This document shows, in pieces, positions 60,825 to 64,000 of a stretch of DNA of 64,000 nt. Each line of letters opens with the position of its first letter. The stretch's first letter is position 1. This DNA is from Candidatus Bathyarchaeia archaeon (lineage in GTDB: Archaea > Thermoproteota > CALKCG01 > B24), in contig JAVZJD010000002.1 of NCBI GenBank assembly GCA_038870975.1, positions 1 through 64,000 of the forward strand, read 5' to 3'. Made by a program: the position numbers and the translations under genes. Under the pieces are notes generated by a model. The model was given only the letters and a program-made list of their open reading frames with translations. It was not told the origin of the DNA and did no database searches.

Positions 60825-61198
60825 GTCTTTATATTTTCCATTCAAAAGAAAATTCACCTGAGGAAGCTTGAAGAGGCCCGAAAAGAGATGGTGGAAGATT
60901 CAGGCATAAGCCTCGAAGACCTCATTGAAGAGATAGGCTGACAATAAATGTTTCAAGTAATCGTATCTCAAAGAGCCAGAAACTCCCTGAGCACTACAAA
61001 AGAAGGATTATTGAGCTACTCTTAATTTTTCGTGAAAATCCGGTTCCAGCCGAATATTATGACGTAAAAAAGCTTAAAGGATGCGCAGATATTTATAGAG
61101 TTAGAATCGGCGATATTCGAGTGATCTACGAAATATTATGGGACCTTAATATGGTTCATGTATTACTAGTTGAATGGAGAGAAAGAGCCTACCCTTAA
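60825..61198 (+). pseudogene. Decayed antitoxin-RelE toxin pair
   Basis: Startless acidic ORF ending ISLEDLIEEIG* (60941); toxin ATG 60948 frameshifts before KLPEHY...VKKLKG..IYRVRIGDIRVIY...RERAY. Confidence 0.8.
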
Positions 61199-61239
61199 AC
61201 AAAAAGGAGGGGTTTGCGGGAGATATCACCAAGTAGTCG

Positions 61240-61651
61240 TTGGTTCAAATGCATCTGAAAATCGCTTCTATGCTATTAGATTTTGGTATTCCAGTTACAA
61301 ACATTAATAACCAGACGCTTGACGTATCTGGTAGAATCATGGTTTACGATAACAAGATAAAGGGTAATGGACTTAGGGTTTATGAGTTTATGCGGATACT
61401 ATTCTCTAACGAATCATGGATATAGATAGGAGTCCGTAGATGGCGCTAAAACAACTATGAATGATGGCAGAGGCAGGTTCACGGAGCTGAAATACTACTA
61501 CGGCGGATCATGGTCGAGTTGGAACGCTATAAAGTTTACAAATGGAAGTGGAAAAGCAGGTATGGAGTATCCACCGGACCCACCATACCGTGCTAAAGCC
61601 TTAGATACTAATGGGCTTATAACGTGGGGAGGCTACGATGCAGACCCCTGA
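61240..61651 (+). pseudogene. Possible gene fragments
   Basis: Two short co-oriented ORFs, the second Trp/Gly/Tyr-rich; no family recognised. Confidence 0.3.
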
Positions 61652-61795
61652 GAAAGCTGGCTACTAGCTACGGATAAGTAGCGCTTATGGTCTAGATGCT
61701 CAACACTTGCAAATAGCATTTTTCTCTGTTAGTATGGTAGAAAGGAATTTAAAAAAGTTAATAGGCACTCTACAAGCAGTGCCTACTCCAATAAA

Positions 61796-62797
61796 TCAAA
61801 GTGGGAGTGTAATGGGTCTACCTTCTTCGGCGGATTTAACGGCGGCAAGTGTTACTTCAAGTGTTCTAACGCCTTCAGATATGGGTGTTCTAGTGGCTCT
61901 ATCTTCTAAAACAGCATTTATCAAGTCGAGCTCAGCCATCCTCATAGTATCTCTGAAGGGTTCGGCAAACTCCTCCACACTAAAAGGTGTCTTCGTACTC
62001 CAGTGGATCTTTAACCGATTCGGGTCTTCAGATTCAAGCATAGCATCCCAACCCACTATACTCCACTTCAAGCCCCAAGTGTAAGGTGAAGCCCCTATAG
62101 TCGCCGTTACTACGCCTACTGCGCCTGATGAGAATCTTAAAATAACTCCGCTTACGTCTTCAATAGTCATCCCTTCAACGTCCTTGTAGAATAGTCTATC
62201 CATTTCGGCATAGACGCGTTTAACATCTCCGCAAAGCCACACTATAATATCGTACAGGTGTGTAGACTGTTCAACAATCTGTCCTCCGCTTTTAGATCTA
62301 TCTATCCACCAGTCTTTACGTATAAATCTACACCAGTATTTTCCAGAGGCCAGCCCTATAGAGCCTAAACTATTAGACTCGATAAGGCTCTTAGCTTTCT
62401 CAACACCAGCCCCAAACCTCGACTGGTAGCCAACCTGACTTTTTACACCATACTTTTCAACGGCTTTAGCCATCTCCCTCGCAAGCTTAATATCTAAAGC
62501 TATAGGCTTCTCAATGTATATGTTTACACAGTTTTCAGCGGCAACCATGACTTCATCGCTGTGAGCGAAAGGCGGCAAACATATAAATACTACGTCCAAT
62601 TTGGCTTTTTCAAGCATAGTCCGCCAATCTTCATAAACCTCACCACCGTAGGTTGAAGCGAAACGCTCAGCTCTAGAACGTACAATGTCGCTGAAAGCCT
62701 TAAATTCTACATTTTTAATGTTCGAAAGACTTCTAGCATGGGCTTCAGCAATACCACCGCATCCTATAAACCCGACAGCTAAACGTCTCATCAACAA
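61796..62797 (-). CDS. Gfo/Idh/MocA oxidoreductase
   Basis: GFIGCGG, IEKP, GYQSRF, SGGQIVEQSTH. Confidence 0.92.
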   Translation of the reverse strand: MLMRRLAVGFIGCGGIAEAHARSLSNIKNVEFKAFSDIVRSRAERFASTYGGEVYEDWRTMLEKAKLDVVFICLPPFAHSDEVMVAAENCVNIYIEKPIALDIKLAREMAKAVEKYGVKSQVGYQSRFGAGVEKAKSLIESNSLGSIGLASGKYWCRFIRKDWWIDRSKSGGQIVEQSTHLYDIIVWLCGDVKRVYAEMDRLFYKDVEGMTIEDVSGVILRFSSGAVGVVTATIGASPYTWGLKWSIVGWDAMLESEDPNRLKIHWSTKTPFSVEEFAEPFRDTMRMAELDLINAVLEDRATRTPISEGVRTLEVTLAAVKSAEEGRPITLPL

Positions 62798-62887
62798 TCC
62801 CCCACCTTATAACATGCCAACTGTTTAAATACTTAACCTCTACAAGTTTAACACATCTCCAGCTTCTTAGAAGAGTTTACGAATGCT

Positions 62888-64000
62888 TCACTTCTCAAAA
62901 AGCAGGAGTGGAACAATCGTTAAAATCGCTAAGATGGAAGATGCATAGAATACAGAAGAAGGGCCTAAGCTACTTCATAGCAAGCCAGCTATCATACTGG
63001 CTAGAGAGAAGCCAAGCCTCACAGCAGTTTGTCGAAAACCCATACCTATACTCCACTTAGAACTCGGTATAGCCATAGTTACAAGCGTTGCTGAAGCAGG
63101 CCAAGTAGCCGAGTATAACCCATAGGAGATTGCGTAGATCGTCGTGAATAAATTTAAATCTCTAACAAACGGTAGAAACGCATAGAGAGGAATCATTAAT
63201 AGAATACATAGTTGAAGAAACCTCTTCAAATCCATCTTCTTCAAAACATAGGCTGCACTGAGCTGAGATACAAGCGTCGCCAATCCAATAATTGAAAACA
63301 TGAAGCCCACTTGAGTAGTGGAAGCATTAAACCTCTCGGAAGCATATATGGAGAGGAGGGAATTGCTCACACCAACTGTAAGAGAAATGAGCATGTGAAA
63401 TACAACGAGCAGGCTCATGGTTCTCAAAAGCCTCCTAAAGCTCCAACCTTCCCCGCCGCCTCCATTTTTACTCAGACTCTTAACCTCCTTCATCATCCAG
63501 GCTGGAGCTAAGCACAGGGCCATTGCAATAGAGGCTATTATAAAAACAGGCATCCACCCATAGTTGTCTACGATAGCCCCAGCCAAAACAGGTGCCGTCA
63601 AAGTACCTAAAGGCCAAGCAACGTTCATAAGCCCGTAAATACTGGCTCTATTCTCCAATAGACTGATCTCCGCTATGTAAACCATACGGGCGGGTATGAA
63701 AACTGTAAAAGAAACTGTATATATGATGATAAGTGGAGAAAGCTGAACCCAGTTTTTCACAACAGTGTAGAGTAAGACAGATATTGATGAGAAGATTATG
63801 CTTAAGATTATGACCTTCTTATTCCCATATTTTTCAGCGATTAAACTACTCGGTATGATTAAAGCCGTAGCTGTAAAGCCTGAAATCGAGAGTATAACAC
63901 CAACTTCTACGATCGAAGCCCCCAATCTCTGAATAAAAAGAGGCTGAAGAGGTATGATCAATTCTGAGGCTAATGCTATCCCTAGGTTAACTATGAAAAG
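62888..64000 (-). CDS. MFS transporter, 5' end beyond window, with in-frame TGA at 62975-62977
   Basis: Hydrophobic helices, AEKYGNK motif A variant; frame continues 28 aa after the TGA. Confidence 0.8.

Noticed and set aside
1779-62977. TGA reassigned to Trp or Sec (two in-frame TGAs at Trp-like positions)
   Set aside because: Several intact genes end at TGA, TGG is used throughout, and one case lies in an otherwise broken pseudogene.

Overview
Archaeal chromosomal window (TopoVI, proteasome, Fae-Hps, geranylgeranyl reductase, intron-containing tRNA, GGTG-type Shine-Dalgarno sites). A TACK/Bathyarchaeia-like origin is my inference from gene content. 1-2.6 kb is a decayed integration site: a relBE-like pair, a methyltransferase and a broken SSV-type integrase fused to tRNA-Ser. 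2.6-38 kb is mostly housekeeping (top6AB, RNA processing, sugar/C1 metabolism, SufCB-like pair, ilv/leu operon, pcm, GGR, coaD). 38-55.5 kb is accessory: a damaged type II/IV secretion ATPase, two coiled-coil repeat proteins, a GH5, and a thiol-redox/hemerythrin/arsenic/flavodiiron island. The two strongest observations are (1) a 29-nt bulge-helix-bulge intron in the protein-coding gene pcm, whose removal at canonical splicing-endonuclease positions exactly restores the conserved QTISAPHMV motif, and (2) a locus of four paralogous winged-helix proteins with an AT-rich repeat spacer, transcribed divergently from a stand-alone NurA-HerA pair that lacks Mre11/Rad50. All calls come from motif recognition; no searches were run.
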